64,000 nt of DNA. Origin: Octopus vulgaris. Its lineage: Eukaryota. Position 1 is the stretch's first letter; every line of letters starts with the position of its first letter. The notes beneath the pieces are model-generated. The model did no database searches. It was not told the DNA's origin and saw only the letters and a program-made list of their open reading frames with translations. The translations under genes and the position numbers were made by a program. The stretch covers positions 73,222,001-73,286,000 of the forward strand of contig OX597816.1 in NCBI GenBank assembly GCA_951406725.2, written 5' to 3'. Shown here piece by piece: positions 12,389-26,494 of the stretch.

Positions 12389-13246
12389 AGCTGTATTTGC
12401 TTTGGCGCTTTATGCTCGAAGTTCAAATCCAGCAAAGTTCGATTTTGCTTTTCGTCTTTTCAGAGTTGGTAAAGTAAGTACCAGCTGTGCACTGAGGTCG
12501 ATGTAATCGACTTGCCCACTCCCCTGAAAATTGAGGCCATACCAAAATTTGAAACCATTAATATTAAATAGTGGATTAGCAATATCGATAAAGAAGCGAA
12601 CAAAATGCCTTGAGATATTTAATTACCCGCAGATTTCAAATCTTTCTGGGGATATTTTTGCCTTTCAAACTTACGAAGTCGATAAAATAAGGTACTTTTT
12701 TAATACAGAAATCGATATTATTAAATGTAGCGACCTTGCTTTAAATGTTTACGACGCCATGCTTATGGTAGAAATCGCATTTAAAAAAAAATATTATGCT
12801 GGGTTTAGTAGCCCAATATTAGGTAAGTTGACGGGATTTTCTGTGTTACTTTCTCTTGAAAATCTATTCAAAATCTGTTGCTACTCTCAGTGCCAAATGC
12901 TTAAGATCCTTAACAATGTCTTGGAAATAACTGTGAAGTTACCAAAGCTATGTTCAATACCGTGCAAGATGGATTCTGGATATAATTGCATTCATCTACG
13001 TTTCCAGAGCAGGTAGCAAAATCGTCTGCTGGGACAACTAGGACCGACTCCAAATCAGAAGGGTAAATAATTTAACGAATCGAGAATTCTCCAAAAATTA
13101 ACATTTTTACCATTGAAGCTAAAAACGGTCTGTCTCGGGACTACAGACAGCTGTGGAAACATGTTTCTACTCAGTAAATGTCATCGTGTGCACGTGTTTA
13201 TCTGTGTTATAGACTCTCTGAAAGATTGATAGATCGATCGGTCGAT

Positions 13247-13429
<183 letters not shown>

Positions 13430-13653
13430 TTGCCAAATATGAATTTGCAGAAAATTTACATGGAATCCATTATAGAAGTCCTGTCGTGTTGATGTTGTGG
13501 TGTGTATGCACCCCTAAGAATTTCGATGTTGCAACTTGACTCCAAGTAACAGAATCTGCAACTCATGGCAAAACCTTGGCCTTGAGATCGGTGTTAAAGG
13601 GTAAGATTTTGGCAACACAATTTGTCTTTTGTTTTGGAATATGGATTCTCAGT

Positions 13654-14030
13654 AAGGCGGTGAGTTGGCAGAACCGTTAGCACGCCGGGCGAAATTCTTA
13701 GCGTTATTTCGTCTGTCGTTACGTTGTGAGTTCAAATTCCGCCGAGGTCGACTTTGCCTTTCATCCTTTTCGGGTCGATAAATTAAGTACCAGTTACGCA
13801 CTGAGGTCGATGTTATCGACTTAGTACCTATGTCTGTCCTTGTTTGTCCCCGGATAATAAAGAAATAGGTATTTCGTCTGCAGTTACGTTCTGAGTTCAA
13901 ATTCTGCCGAGGTCGACTTTACTTTTCATCCTTTCGGGATCGATTAAATAAGTGCCAGTTACGCACTGGGATCGATGTAATCGACTTAATCCCTTTGTCT
14001 GTTCATGTTTGTCCCCTCTTATGTTTAGCC
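13654..14030 (+). mobile_element. SINE B1 dimer
   Basis: Head, core, tail aataaagaaata|ggtatttcgtc, then a second core. Confidence 0.87.
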
Positions 14031-14227
14031 CTCCATGTATATATATAAAAAAAAAATATTGATTCTCTGTCGAATATGTTGCTGGATTTTAGGATCGTAA
14101 GCCTATGTCTGCCGTTCCTTGCAGACACACACAAACACACCCTTCACACGCACACGCACAAGCACAAACGTACATACACACACACATTTACAAAAAAGGT
14201 AAGTATGTATGTACATATTCTCTCTTC

Positions 14228-14402
14228 CTTTTATTCTTTCATTTGTTTCAGTCATTTGACTGCGGCCATGCTGAAGCACCGCCTTTACTCGAGCAAAGCG
14301 ACCCCATGTCTTATTCTTTGCGAACCTAGTACTTATTCTATCGGTCTATTTTGCCGAAACGCTAAGTTACGAGGACGTAAACACATTAGCTTCGGTTGTC
14401 AA
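14228..14402 (-). mobile_element. SINE A 3' part
   Basis: Family match. Confidence 0.85.
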
Positions 14403-14441
14403 ACCATTTCTTACGACAGGTCGTAGTAGTAGTAGTAGTAA

Positions 14442-14487
<46 letters not shown>

Positions 14488-14558
14488 TATAGTGGTAGTG
14501 GTGGTGGTGGTGGCGGGCACATCGGCGTTCAGATCTAAGCATCTGTTCGAGTACTAAA

Positions 14559-14628
<70 letters not shown>

Positions 14629-15126
14629 GTGCATGCGCGCGCGTACACACACACAAAAAGACATATACTACACGGAAGTCGTTAAGGAAAGTTAACAACA
14701 ACAAAAATAGAGCTGTAAAACACGCTAAAATGACTGACAGACAAAACGTAACAATAAAACCAAAGTGGGTTGGGCAAAGACTAATCGAGGCAAATGACGG
14801 TAAAGGCAAACGGAGACATCGAGGGTGGCGCAATGAAGTGGTGCTGGGAGGAGCATGGTAAAAGGGAGAACTATATAGAAATTATAGCGAGAAGGAGACA
14901 TAACAATAGTTATAGTTATAATCTGTGTGAGAAATGGGCGTGCACGAAATAGTGGTGGGTGGGTTAAATTAAAGAAATGGAGTAAAATACAAATAAATTT
15001 TGAATATATATTTATCGCTATATACATATATATATATATACAAGGTGCTATTAAGTTAGACATGACCTGGGCCAAACTTTGGTCGAATGATCTAAGTTTT
15101 TATCAAAGTTTATAAATGTATATACA

Positions 15127-15285
15127 GGTGCAGGCGTGGCTGTGTGGTAAGTAGCTTACTTACCAACCACATGGTTTCGGATTCAGTCCCGCTGCGTGGC
15201 ACCTTGGGCAAGTGTCTTCTATTTTAGCCTCGGGCCGACCAAAGCCTTGTGAGTAGATTTGGTAGAAGGAAACTAAAAGAACCCC
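15127..15285 (+). mobile_element. SINE A 5' part
   Basis: Family match. Confidence 0.88.
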
Positions 15286-15438
15286 AATATGAGATCACCA
15301 TATCGCGCATGTAGCTGGTGTACCTTTATCACATGGGTAGTCATGGTGATTATAATGGGCTTCGTATATTTTACCCCAATGCCACTTTGATGGCATGCAT
15401 TGCTTTCTCACTCAATAATAATAACAACAGCAACAACA

Positions 15439-15472
<34 letters not shown>

Positions 15473-15481
15473 TAATAATAA

Positions 15482-15830
15482 TGCCCCTTTGACCCATGAA
15501 TTGTGAAGAAGGAAGACGAAAATATAGATAGATAGATAGATACAACCGTCTTAAGTACGAAATAGCCCGGCTATGGAAAATGAAGAATGTGAAGATAATA
15601 CCAATTATTGTTGGGTCGTTGGGAACTGTATCAGAAGGCATCAAGAGGAATATAAAGGAAATTGGAATAGAGTGCCCATTAGAACTGTTACAAAAGTTTT
15701 GCCTCCTGAGCACGGCCAGAACAACCAGGAAAATATTAGATAGCTTAAAAGAATGAATAACATGGTACCGTAGGCTGCAGGTAGCAACAGGCAGTGGCTC
15801 TCAGGGCTTCTGATCTTAACTGATTGTACA
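15482..15830 (+). mobile_element. Second R4/Dong-like retrotransposon 3' fragment (decayed)
   Basis: CPFDP*IVKKEDENIDR..YNRLKYEIARLWKMKNVKIIPIIVGSLGTV...LELLQKFCLLSTARTTRKIL. Starts immediately after (AAT)n. Confidence 0.85.
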
Positions 15831-15859
15831 TTGTACAATCATGTACATTGTTTTTCCCT

Positions 15860-16329
15860 GGTATAAAAGATGAGCTACAGCAAATATTCTGCTCAATACC
15901 ACAGATTTGCTTGTCAGTTGTTTGACCTTAAACAATTGAGCATGTCCCTTAGTGGCTGACGATATGTGCATCTCTGGTCACGAGCAGAAGTTGAGGGGGA
16001 GCACCATAGCCATGTGTTGAGATGGATTCTTTGGGGTTTGGATAATTTACCTTTGGAAACATGAGTGTTTCGTTCATCATCCTTTAGCAAACCTTATACA
16101 GGGAACTTTTGAGTCGGATGGGTTACTTGACCAGAAGAAAATTCTAACTGGGTCCCACCTGCAAGGTCATGTGCTGTTTATCTTGATATAAGATCATCAT
16201 GTTGCGCACATATGGTAGTGATGCATGTGCCTTGTGTACCTTTATCACACGGGTAGTCATGATGGGTATACTGGGCTTCGTATATTTTACCCCAGTGTCA
16301 CTTTGATGGCATGCACTGCTCTCTCACTC

Positions 16330-16365
<36 letters not shown>
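15860..16365 (+). mobile_element. Non-coding retroelement 3' region ending ctctctcactc(AAT)n, with shorter copies at 15288-15412 and 17301-17370
   Basis: Three copies share the same 3' end and (AAT)n tail with variable 5' truncation. Confidence 0.75.
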
Positions 16366-16369
<4 letters not shown>

Positions 16370-16384
16370 TAATAATAATAATAT

Positions 16385-19100
16385 TTTCCATTATAAGTGC
16401 AAGGTTCTGAAATTTTGAGGAAGGGGATAGACGATTTCATGGACCCCATTGCTGATATTAGTATTTATTTTATCAACCCTGACAGAATGAAAGGCAAAGT
16501 CGACCTCGGCAGAATTTGAACTCAGAACGTCAAGGCGGAAGAAATGCCGCTAAGCATTTTGTTCGGCGCGGTAACGATTCGGCCAGCTTGCCACCTTAAT
16601 GATAATAATTGCTTAATTTTTGTCGTGGGACGGGTTGAGTCGATCACATCGGTCACAGTGTTTGAAAATTAAACTCAGAAAGACTCGTTTCTACCAATAG
16701 ATAAGGCGATTGAATCTTGTTGCTTTGCTTTTAATACTTACATGATACCGAAGACAAGGTTTGCGGTTTCTCATATGCCAAATTCCTGGAAAATAAACTC
16801 ATTTAATTCCATTCAAGATTTCTTTTAATCACAGCTCAGACATGCAATTGTTGGTTGGTTGTGCATTGCAATATCTGCTTCAAGTTGTTGCCTGGCATTA
16901 TTAAAAAAGTAAAATTTAATTAAATGAAAAAAACAACAAAAACAATTGTAACACATGAAGGAGAAGTAACAGACGTTATTGCCACAGATATATGTGACAC
17001 TGGCGTATCTAAAAACACAGTATTCGGCTTCGCGGCTTTGCTGAAAAGAATAAAAATTTTTTAACTTCGACATAAAAAAATCCAAGTTATAAAGTGACGG
17101 GTGGCGGGTTGTGGGCAGAGTAGATGAAATTGACCATAATATCATTAAACTTTGCCAATCACAAATCGATAATATCGGTTTCAAATTTTGGCACAAGAGC
17201 AGAAATTACGGGGAGGGTTGGAGGATTAAGTCGATTAAATCGACCCCAGTGCTCAACTGGTATTTAATTTATCGACCCTGAAAGGATGAAAGACAAAACC
17301 GATGGGTATACTGGGCTTCGTATATTTTACCCCAGTGTCACTTTGATGGCATGCACTGCTCTCTCATTCAATAATAATAATAATAATATTTTCTACTATA
17401 AGTGCAAGGGTCTGAAATTTTGAGTAAAGGGTTAGACGATTTCGTGGACCCCATTGCTGATGTTATTACTTATTTTATCAACCCTGACAGGATGAAAGGC
17501 AAAACTGACCTCGGCGGAATTTGAACTCAGAATGTAAAGACGGACAAAATGCCGCTAAGCATTCTACCCGACGTGTTAACGATTCTGTCAGCCTATCGCC
17601 TTAGGATAATCGATAATATCGCTCAGCACTCAACCGGTTCTTTATTTTATCGATTTTTGGAACAATAGCACGCAAAGAACTCATAGCATAAAGGGCAATA
17701 ACTACAATACTGTAAGGTATATTTGTTCGCCGCTCTACCGGTTCTACTGATCTGTTATCCTGTTTATCAACAAGTTAATTTCACACTTTGCTACAGGGTC
17801 ATAATTGCGCGTAAATGATTTGGTGAAATCGATTTTTAATCGAAATCATTATTTGGTTTGTACATCTTTCATTCACCCCACGACAGGATTAAAAGTAAAA
17901 TCTACTCTGACTGGATTTCTACATAATAAATATTTATCTTATTATTATATTACATTACAATGAGCCGATCGTTGGCACACACCGGGAGAAATTCTAAGCA
18001 GTATTTCATATGACTTTACGTTCTGAGTTCAAATTCCACCGAGGTCGACTTTGGCTTTCATCCTTTCGGGGTCGATGAATTAAGTACCAGTTACGCTCTG
18101 GAAGTCGATGTAATCGACTAGCCCCTTATCCCTAAAATTTTCAAGGCCATGTGCGTGGAGTAGAAACAAATATTATATTGCATTATAAGGCGGCGAACTG
18201 GCAGAAACGTTAGCACGCCGGAAGAAACGCTTAGCCCTATTTCGTCCACCTTGACGTTCTGAGTTCAAATTCCGCCTAGGTCGACTTTGCCTTTCATCCT
18301 TTCGGGGTCGATGAATTAAGTACCAGTTGCATACTTGGGTCGATCTAATCGACTGCCCCCACCCTTTCACAAAATTTCAAGCCTTGTACCTTTAGTAGAA
18401 AGGATTATTAAATTACATTATTCTTTTCTACTCTAGGCACAACACCCGAAATTTTGGTGGGGGCGGGGAGCAATCGATTAGATCGACTCCAGTACGCAAC
18501 TGGTACTTAATTTATCGACCCCGAAAGGATGAAAGGCAAAGTCGACCTCGGCGGAATTTGCACTCAGAACTTAAAGACAGACGAAATCCCGCAAAGCATT
18601 TCTCCCGGCGTGTGCTAACGATTCTGCCAGCTCGCCGCCTTTATTATATTACATTATTAACATAATGAAAATACTAGTAAATTGGCAAAACGGCTGCCGC
18701 GTCTAACAAAGTGCTTATCGGTATTTCTGCCAGCTCGGTGCTGAGCTAGCAGTATTTCGTCTGCCGTTATGTTCTGAGTCCAAATTCCGTCGAGGTCGAC
18801 TTTGTCTTTCATCCTTTCGGGGTCGATTAAATAAGTACCAGTTACGCACTGGGGTCGATATAATCGACTTAATCCGTTTGTCTGTCCTTGTTTGTCCTCT
18901 CAGTGTTTAGCCCCTTGTGGGTAGTAAAGAAATAGGTATTTCTTTGGGCTCTTTACCTGCTAAATTCAAATCACACCAAGGGCAACTTTGGCTTTCAGCT
19001 TTTCGAGATTAATAAAGTACCAGTCAAGTACTGTGGTTGGTATAATCGAAATAGCCCTCCCCTCAAAACTGGCATTCCTGTGCCAAGATTAGAAAGAATT
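16385..19100. mobile_element. Cluster of SINE B/B1 copies: 16385-16598(-), 17177-17300(-), 17390-17603(-), 17975-18165(+), 18188-18410(+), 18422-18641(-), and 18750-18933(+) nested in an older copy
   Basis: Repeated Meta-like core and B-box on both strands. Confidence 0.85.
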
Positions 19101-19189
19101 GACACCATAAAAGCTGCTCTTTTTAATTTAGAATTCATTTTGACCAGCAAGGTCGAGAAGAAAAGTATATTGATTTCTCTTTCCTCTAT

Positions 19190-19572
19190 CTCTTTTACTT
19201 GTTTCAGTCATTTGACTGCGGCCATGCTGGAGCACTGCCTTTAGTCGAGTAAATCGACCCCGAGGCTTATTCTTTGTAAGCCTAGTACTTATTCTATCGG
19301 TCTCTTTTGCCGAACCGCTAAGTTACGGGGACGTAAACACACCAACCTCGGTTGTCAAACACAGACACACAAACATATACACATACATATATATATATAC
19401 ATGTATACGACGGGCTTCTTTCAGTTTCCGTCTACCAAATCCACTCACAAGGCTTTGGTCGGCCCGAGGCTATAGTAGAAGACACTTGCCCAATGTGCCA
19501 CGCAGTGGGACTGAACCCGGAACCATGTGGTTCGTAAGCAAGCTACTTATCACACAGCCACTCCTACGCCTA
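19190..19572 (-). mobile_element. SINE A
   Basis: Family match. Confidence 0.9.
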
Positions 19573-19574
19573 TC

Positions 19575-19730
19575 TGTTTACATTATTTACATTATTTATA
19601 TTTGACGGATAGTTGTCCTCATCTTGTTTGTTGTTAACACAATGTTTCGGCTGATATACCTTCCAGCCTTCATCAGGTGTCTTGGAGAAATTTCGAACCT
19701 GGCTTCTCATTCCTAAGGTATTTTTCGATG
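19575..19730 (-). mobile_element. HHR element family H5, with an inverted 3' fragment at 20168-20262
   Basis: 19578-19642 is the reverse complement of about 20168-20235. Confidence 0.65.
19637..19680 (-). ncRNA. Minimal hammerhead ribozyme motif
   Basis: Minus strand: ACAC-CTGATGA-A-GGCTG(GAAGGTATAT)CAGCC-GAA-ACAT-T-GTGT. Canonical core, stem I ACAC/GTGT, stem III ACAT is probably a CpG-decayed ACGT. Confidence 0.7.
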
Positions 19731-19751
19731 TTGTCGTTGTTGTTGTTGTTG

Positions 19752-19812
<61 letters not shown>

Positions 19813-20058
19813 AGGAGAAAAGGGCTCTCTACCCCTTTTTGACCAGTCTCCCGTGGTTTTTATGGTTTTTTCCACGAGTAGCTTTTCGAAGCGCCTCCCC
19901 CCTATTGGGAGTTTTTACTTGTTATATTTTTGTTGTTATATTGCATTTTTACACGGACTTCTCAAACGGACAAAACCCTTTTGTAACTTTCGTCCTTTAT
20001 TTTGTCCTTACACGTTTTATTTGATTTTTGTTAGCCCTTGTGGCCAATAAACGAATTA

Positions 20059-20089
<31 letters not shown>

Positions 20090-20118
20090 GTAGTAGTAGT
20101 AGTAGTAGTAGTAGTAGC

Positions 20119-20167
<49 letters not shown>

Positions 20168-20403
20168 TTGTGTTAACAACAGACAAGTTGAGGGCAAATA
20201 TCCGTCAAATGTAAATAATGTAAATAATGTACATAATTCCCCATCTTTTAAATATAGAACTGTAATACCTGTTTGTTTGTAATTACTGTAGTTGAGGACA
20301 TAAAGGACATCAAAAGTACATTTTCTTCTTCATTTTTTTCTCTTAATTTTAAATGGGCAGAAAAGTAGAAAAGTGATCTAGGAGTTGTACATTTCGTCAT
20401 AGA

Positions 20404-20439
<36 letters not shown>

Positions 20440-20697
20440 TCTGTGTGATTTTAACGTAATGTAAAATAGATTATTTTCTTAAGGCATTTATGAATGATTT
20501 CATTACGAAAAAGAAAAACAACAAATAAATGAAAATAAAGATATTTTTATACTACAAAAACAAATATTATGTTAGTTTTGTATAAATATGTTTATTTAAC
20601 AAGTGTGTGTGTGTGTGTGTGAGTGTTTATGTGTGTGTGAGTGTTTATGTGTGTGCGAGTGCATATTTAATTGCATACACGTATATATACTTATGTG

Positions 20698-20746
<49 letters not shown>

Positions 20747-20996
20747 ATAAAATTTGATTTTGTTTTTTTTTTTTCATTTTTATGACAGATTTAGAAGATG
20801 TTGCAAGTGAGAGGAGTCAAGGATCAAATGTTTCCATCAAACCAAGAAACGAGTCGACAAGCAATAAAAAAATATGGTGACGATGGCGAGGAGTGCGCGC
20901 ATGCGCGCGCGTGTCTTATAGAGAAGTGCGCATGTATGAGTACATGTATGTATATTTGTCGATGTATATATGTGCGTGTGTGCTTATAAGGATATG

Positions 20997-21054
<58 letters not shown>

Positions 21055-22127
21055 TGTGTGTGTGAGTGTGTGTGCCAACGTGCATGCCTGTATGTTTGTG
21101 CGACTGTTATAAACGAACTCTGGTTAAAACGCCATATCGACGAAAAAGCAAGAGAAAGTAAATAAATAAATGAAAGAGAAAGAACGACAGAGGAGGAGGA
21201 GGAGGTTAGAGGAAACAACAAAACAGAAGAGAGGGTGAGGTGTGGGAGGAGGAAAAGAAGAGGACAAAGGAGGAGGAAAAGCAAGAAGTAGGAGGAGGTG
21301 AAGAAGAATTTAAGAGCCGCTACCAGTTTGAGGCAGCGACGGAGAGACTAGAACAGAAGGAGAGAGAAGGAAGGTGAGAAGAAGGAGGAGGAGTAAGAAA
21401 CATAAGTGGAAGGAGGAAAGAGGAGGAGTCAATGCAAAGCTGTTTCTCATGTTTTTTTTCGTTTCTTTCTTTCACGCTAAAATAAGGGGGAAAGGCAGAG
21501 GTTGTCAGTCTGTGGGTAAAATTATGATAATGTGATAGGAAATGGGCGTGGTTTACATGGGATAGATTAGAAGCATCGTAAAAGAACGGATATGCTCGAC
21601 GTTTATTGTTTGCTGTTGTTGTTGTTGCTACTGCTGTTGATGTTGCTGTTGTTGTTGCTGCTGTTACTGGTGGTGTTGTTGTTGCTGTGGTTCACTGTAA
21701 GTAGTAGTGGTGGGAGGAGATGGAAGATGTGAGGGTGAGAAGCGATTGCTAGAGAAAGGGAAGAAACAAGGAAGCGAAAGAGAGGTAGGGGGATAGGAGT
21801 CGGTAAACGTGAGAGAGAGAGGGAGAAGGACAGAGACTAAACTTGAAAGGAGGAGAAGGAAGAGAGAAAGAGAGGCAGACAGACAAAGTGAGAGAGAGAG
21901 AGAGAGAGAGAGATGAAGAGAGGTAACGAGGGGTTTTGATTGACGTGACGTTGATGTATTTGTACATGTATGAACCAAGAGAAAGTAAGACAAGAGAGAG
22001 AGAGAGGGAATAAAGAGAAAGAGAGAAAGTTGGGACAAGACGGAGGAAGGGGAGGAAGAAAACGAAAGAAAGATGAACTAAATGCGATAAAATTGATTAA
22101 CTACGATGTGTGCATGTATGTGTATGT

Positions 22128-22159
<32 letters not shown>

Positions 22160-22373
22160 CATGTGTATGCTCTGTGTGTGTGTATGTGTGTAAATGTTAC
22201 TCCAAGGCTAGACTGCGTGATGTTGGTATGTGTTCATGCAGTGTGTGAGTATATATATATATATATAAGTGTATGTGTGCTTGTGTTTGTAAGGAGATTT
22301 GTGTGTTTGAAAAAATGAATAAATAAAAGAAATAACAAACTAAATAGATTAGTTAATAAATAAATAAATAAAA

Positions 22374-22423
22374 ACTTCCGGGTATATCGGAGTCGGATAT
22401 AGTCAGAGCAACGTCACTTCCGG
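22374..22423. promoter_or_regulatory. Two ETS sites (ACTTCCGG), one as an ETS-CRE composite ACGTCACTTCCGG
   Basis: Motifs at 22374-22381 and 22411-22423 in unique sequence. Function is inferred only. Confidence 0.3.
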
Positions 22424-22472
22424 GGATGGGACAGGTTTTTCGTTGATTGCTAAGGTAGAAGTCAGTACTTAC

Positions 22473-22485
22473 TGACGACTGACAG
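22473..22485 (-). CDS. Candidate 13-nt micro-exon of an unidentified gene
   Basis: Minus strand: long CT tract ...tctctccctgcAG|CTGTCAGTCGTCA|GTAAGT. Confidence 0.3.
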
Positions 22486-22561
22486 CTGCAGGGAGAGAGA
22501 GTGGGGAGGATGGCGGAGAGAGAGACGAGAGAGACGGAGAGAGAGAGAAAGACAGACAGAC

Positions 22562-22609
<48 letters not shown>

Positions 22610-22618
22610 GGATGGATG

Positions 22619-22676
<58 letters not shown>

Positions 22677-22700
22677 TAGATAGATAGACAGACAGACAGA

Positions 22701-22732
<32 letters not shown>

Positions 22733-22749
22733 TAGATAGATAGACAGAC

Positions 22750-22796
<47 letters not shown>

Positions 22797-22809
22797 CAGA
22801 CAGATAGAC

Positions 22810-22855
<46 letters not shown>

Positions 22856-23581
22856 TTTATTGGCTGGTTGTTGTCGTTTAGCCCTGGTCCAAATATTATC
22901 CAGCAGACATTTGATCAACGGCATGCCATCCATGCCCAGCCCGTTTCATTAGGAGTATCGAGGAATACATTATCTAACTTATTATTTTTGTCGTTTGCTT
23001 TTTTTTTCTAGTCGGTTTTTAATTTTTAGGCTATTATTTGAAGGGAGAATTGGTTACTATTTCTAGAAGTCGACCAGCCACGATGAAACGAAAATAAGCA
23101 TTTTTTCAGACAGGTTGTGAGAGGGAATTAGGCAGGAAGGAAACTAAAGGTAGTATGAGTCGAATAAGCCCTTTCTACTCTAGGCACAAGGCTTGAAATT
23201 TGGGAGAATGGGGACAAGTCGATTACATGGCCCGCAGTGTATAACTGGTACTTAATTTATCGACCCCGAAAGGATGAAAGGCAAAGTCAACTTCGGCGGA
23301 ATTTGAACTCAGAACATAAAGACAGGCGAGTATGAGTCGAGTAAATGATTGCATTACATGAAATTACACACACACACACACACATATACACACGTTCACA
23401 CACACACACACATAGAGAGGTACACGGAGGCTTCTATACAGTTTTTGGCTACCAAATTCTATTACAAGATATTATTCGGCCCGGACCTACAGTAGAAAAC
23501 ACTTGCCCAAGTTGCCGCGCAATGGGATTGAACCCGAGGACACACGTGGTACTGAAACGAACTTCTTAACCACACAGCAAT

Positions 23582-23644
<63 letters not shown>

Positions 23645-24156
23645 CGTGTGCGTGCGTGTGCGTATGTGTGTGTGTGTGCGCGCAACGCACGCGTATCTTT
23701 CTGTCCGTGTTTGCCCCCACAACAACCACTTGAGAACCGATGTTGGTGTGCTTATGTCACCGTAATCCAGCAGTTCGACATAGGTGGTCGAGGAAGTAAG
23801 TAGCAGGCTTTAAAAGATAAGCACTTCTCTCCGAAATTCTGGTCTTGTGCCACGTGGGAAGCAAATTTTAACATCGACTTTCACATCACCAAAGACCAGG
23901 TCTGACTTCTTTTGAGATGACCTACCTGACATTACTGTAATCTAATTCTTCCAAGGGTTTTCCTGCATGTGGTTCATTCTTAGTCTCAAATCAGATCTGA
24001 CCGAGCACACCGTTGATCCATCACATCTACTTCTCAGGCTGAGGACAGCATATACCAATGTTCTCATATCTATGTGAGTGGCTGTAGTATCGGAGAGACC
24101 TAGCTGCTATTTCTATAGGTCGAGCGACCATATGGAACTAATATTGTCTCAAAGTC

Positions 24157-24556
24157 AAGGCGGCGAGCTGGCAGAATCGTTAGAACGCAGGGCGAAATAC
24201 TCAGCGGTATTTCGTCTGGCACTACGTTCTGAGTTCTAATTCTGCTGAGGTCGACTTTGCCTTTCATCCTTTCGGGGTCGATTAAATAAGTACCAGTTAC
24301 GCACTGGGGTCGATATAATCGACTTAATCCGTTTGTCTCTCCTTGTTTGTCCTCTCTGTGTTTAGCCCCTTGTGTGTAGTAAAGAAATAGTTATTTCGTC
24401 TGCCTTTACGTTCTGAGTTAAAATTCCGCCGAAGTCGACTTTGCCTTTCATCTCTTCGGGGTCGATAAATTAAGTACCATTTGCGTACTGGGCTCGATCT
24501 AATCGACTGGCCCCCCTCCCTAAAAATGTGGGGCCTTGTGCCCAGACTAGAAAAGA
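24157..24556 (+). mobile_element. SINE B1/B dimer
   Basis: Junction gtaaagaaata|gttatttcgtc. Confidence 0.88.
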
Positions 24557-24885
24557 ATGTAATCATATCTAATAGAGTGGCTATACTATCGGAGAGATCT
24601 GGCTATAGTAGGCTGTAGTGGAAGACACTTGCACAAGGTGCCACGTAGTGGGACTGAACCGAGAACCCTGTGATTGGGGAGCAAGCGTCTTACTACACAG
24701 CCACTCCTGAGCCTATAGTTTAGAAATTGTAAGACCCATCAAAAGATTCAACAAAACACGAGATAATAACCGAATTAAACGATTTAAGCTAGAGTACCTT
24801 GGTTTCCCATTCTGTCAGAATCCATCTATCAGTTCATTCCACGAGATCGATAAACAAACTGAATGCATTTAATATATGTTATGGT

Positions 24886-25320
24886 AAAGGCGGCGAGCAG
24901 GCAGAATCATTAGCACGCCGGACGAAATACTTAGCAGTATTTCGCCCGTCGCTACGTTCTGAGTTCAAATTCCGCCGAGGTCGACTTTGCCTTTCATCCT
25001 TTTGGGGTCGATTAAATAAGTACCAGCCACGCACTGGGGTCGATGTAACCGACTTAATCCCTTTGTCTGACCTTGTTTGTCCCCTCTATGTTTAGCCCCT
25101 TGTGGGTGATAAAGAAATAAGAATCCTTAGCACACTGTGCAAAATACTTAACGGCGTTCCATCCGTCTTTAATTTCTGGGTTCAAATAGCCTCGAGGTCG
25201 ACTTAGCCTTTCGTCCCTTTCTGGAGTCAATAAAATAAGTACCAGCTGAACACTGGGATCGACTAAATTGATTTAACCCTCCCCACGAAGTCGCTGTTCC
25301 AGTGCAAAAATTTAAAACCA
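24886..25320 (+). mobile_element. SINE B1 plus an older B copy
   Basis: Family match. Confidence 0.82.
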
Positions 25321-26494
25321 ATTTCAAATGCCGTGCAAAACGCCGAGCAAAATGCTTAGTACTGTAGGAGGTGTAATTGACTGTCTCCCTCCCTCAAAAT
25401 TTCAGGCCTTGTACCTATAGTATAAAGGAGTATTATTATTTTGAAAATACGTTAAAAACATACGTACTGAGTTTGGATTTCAATATTTCGTTTTTAAGAA
25501 AAATCATAACTCTACACCATTATCCCCACCAGAGGGCTTCCATGACAATTGTCGTGACTTTGAGAGCTCACAATCGGAATCCCTGGCAAAGACATTGGCA
25601 AGGGGGACCAAAACAACTTTCGGACCCAGGAGAAGATAATCCCCCTCAAAATTCAAAGATGTAAGGGTTTATTTTTCACTTTTTGTGAGAGTATGTTGGA
25701 ATATAATCACGGGATTTCCATGGCTTTCGGGGGCCCAGGCCGATGTAAAATCTATACTACTCCCTTTTTAAAGCTCCTCAAGGGTGAACTGCAGCTTGGA
25801 TTAAGATTCGCTGCTTTACATGGTCAATTACCCTCTTTCTACGACTTAGTCAGATAAAGAAGGGCTGCACCCATAACTTTTTAACAGGTTTTCCAATACT
25901 AAAAGGAGAAAGGAAGTGGAGAACCCCCGACTCGTGGGTTTGTTTCACACTAAAAACTTGGTCTATGGCCTAAATGCTTACAACAGATTGAACCCTGACA
26001 AAGGTACACACGGGCCAGGTGGTAGTGTTAAACTAACAGAGAGACCACGCTATCGCCAAAGAACGGGTATAGGACGCCCTTCACCACGCAACAGGCAAAA
26101 ATGTAATTTCCATGTACCCTATTTCACGTACAAGCCTTGAGTTGAACGGGGGTTTTAGTAAAAAGCACTTAACCAAGGTACTATGCAGCGGGATCGAACT
26201 TGGTATTGTATGAGAACGAAAAGAGAAAACTTTTGTTATACGAGGCACATTCCAGAAGGTTTGAGACTTTTATTAGGAGAGGCAGTTATAACTGTTATAG
26301 GTTATTGTAAATTTGGCATATCATTGCTTTACATCTGACTGGCAGCTTTTCTTACTCCAGATTAAAGAAGACAGTTATAGCGACACTTTGAACGCACCGC
26401 GCCCTACTAAACGTTGGTCATCACAGTCGACTAGTTTGCAGAATGCAGTCGAGATGTTTGGAGAGTCGCTATGCAATGAAGTTGTGTTAAATAC

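Noticed and set aside
12531-13016. 161-aa ORF with non-repetitive sequence
   Set aside because: It has a non-ATG start, its first half overlaps decayed SINE B sequence, and no domain is recognisable.
26238-26275. Mariner-like TACGAGG terminus
   Set aside because: No matching opposite TIR was identified.
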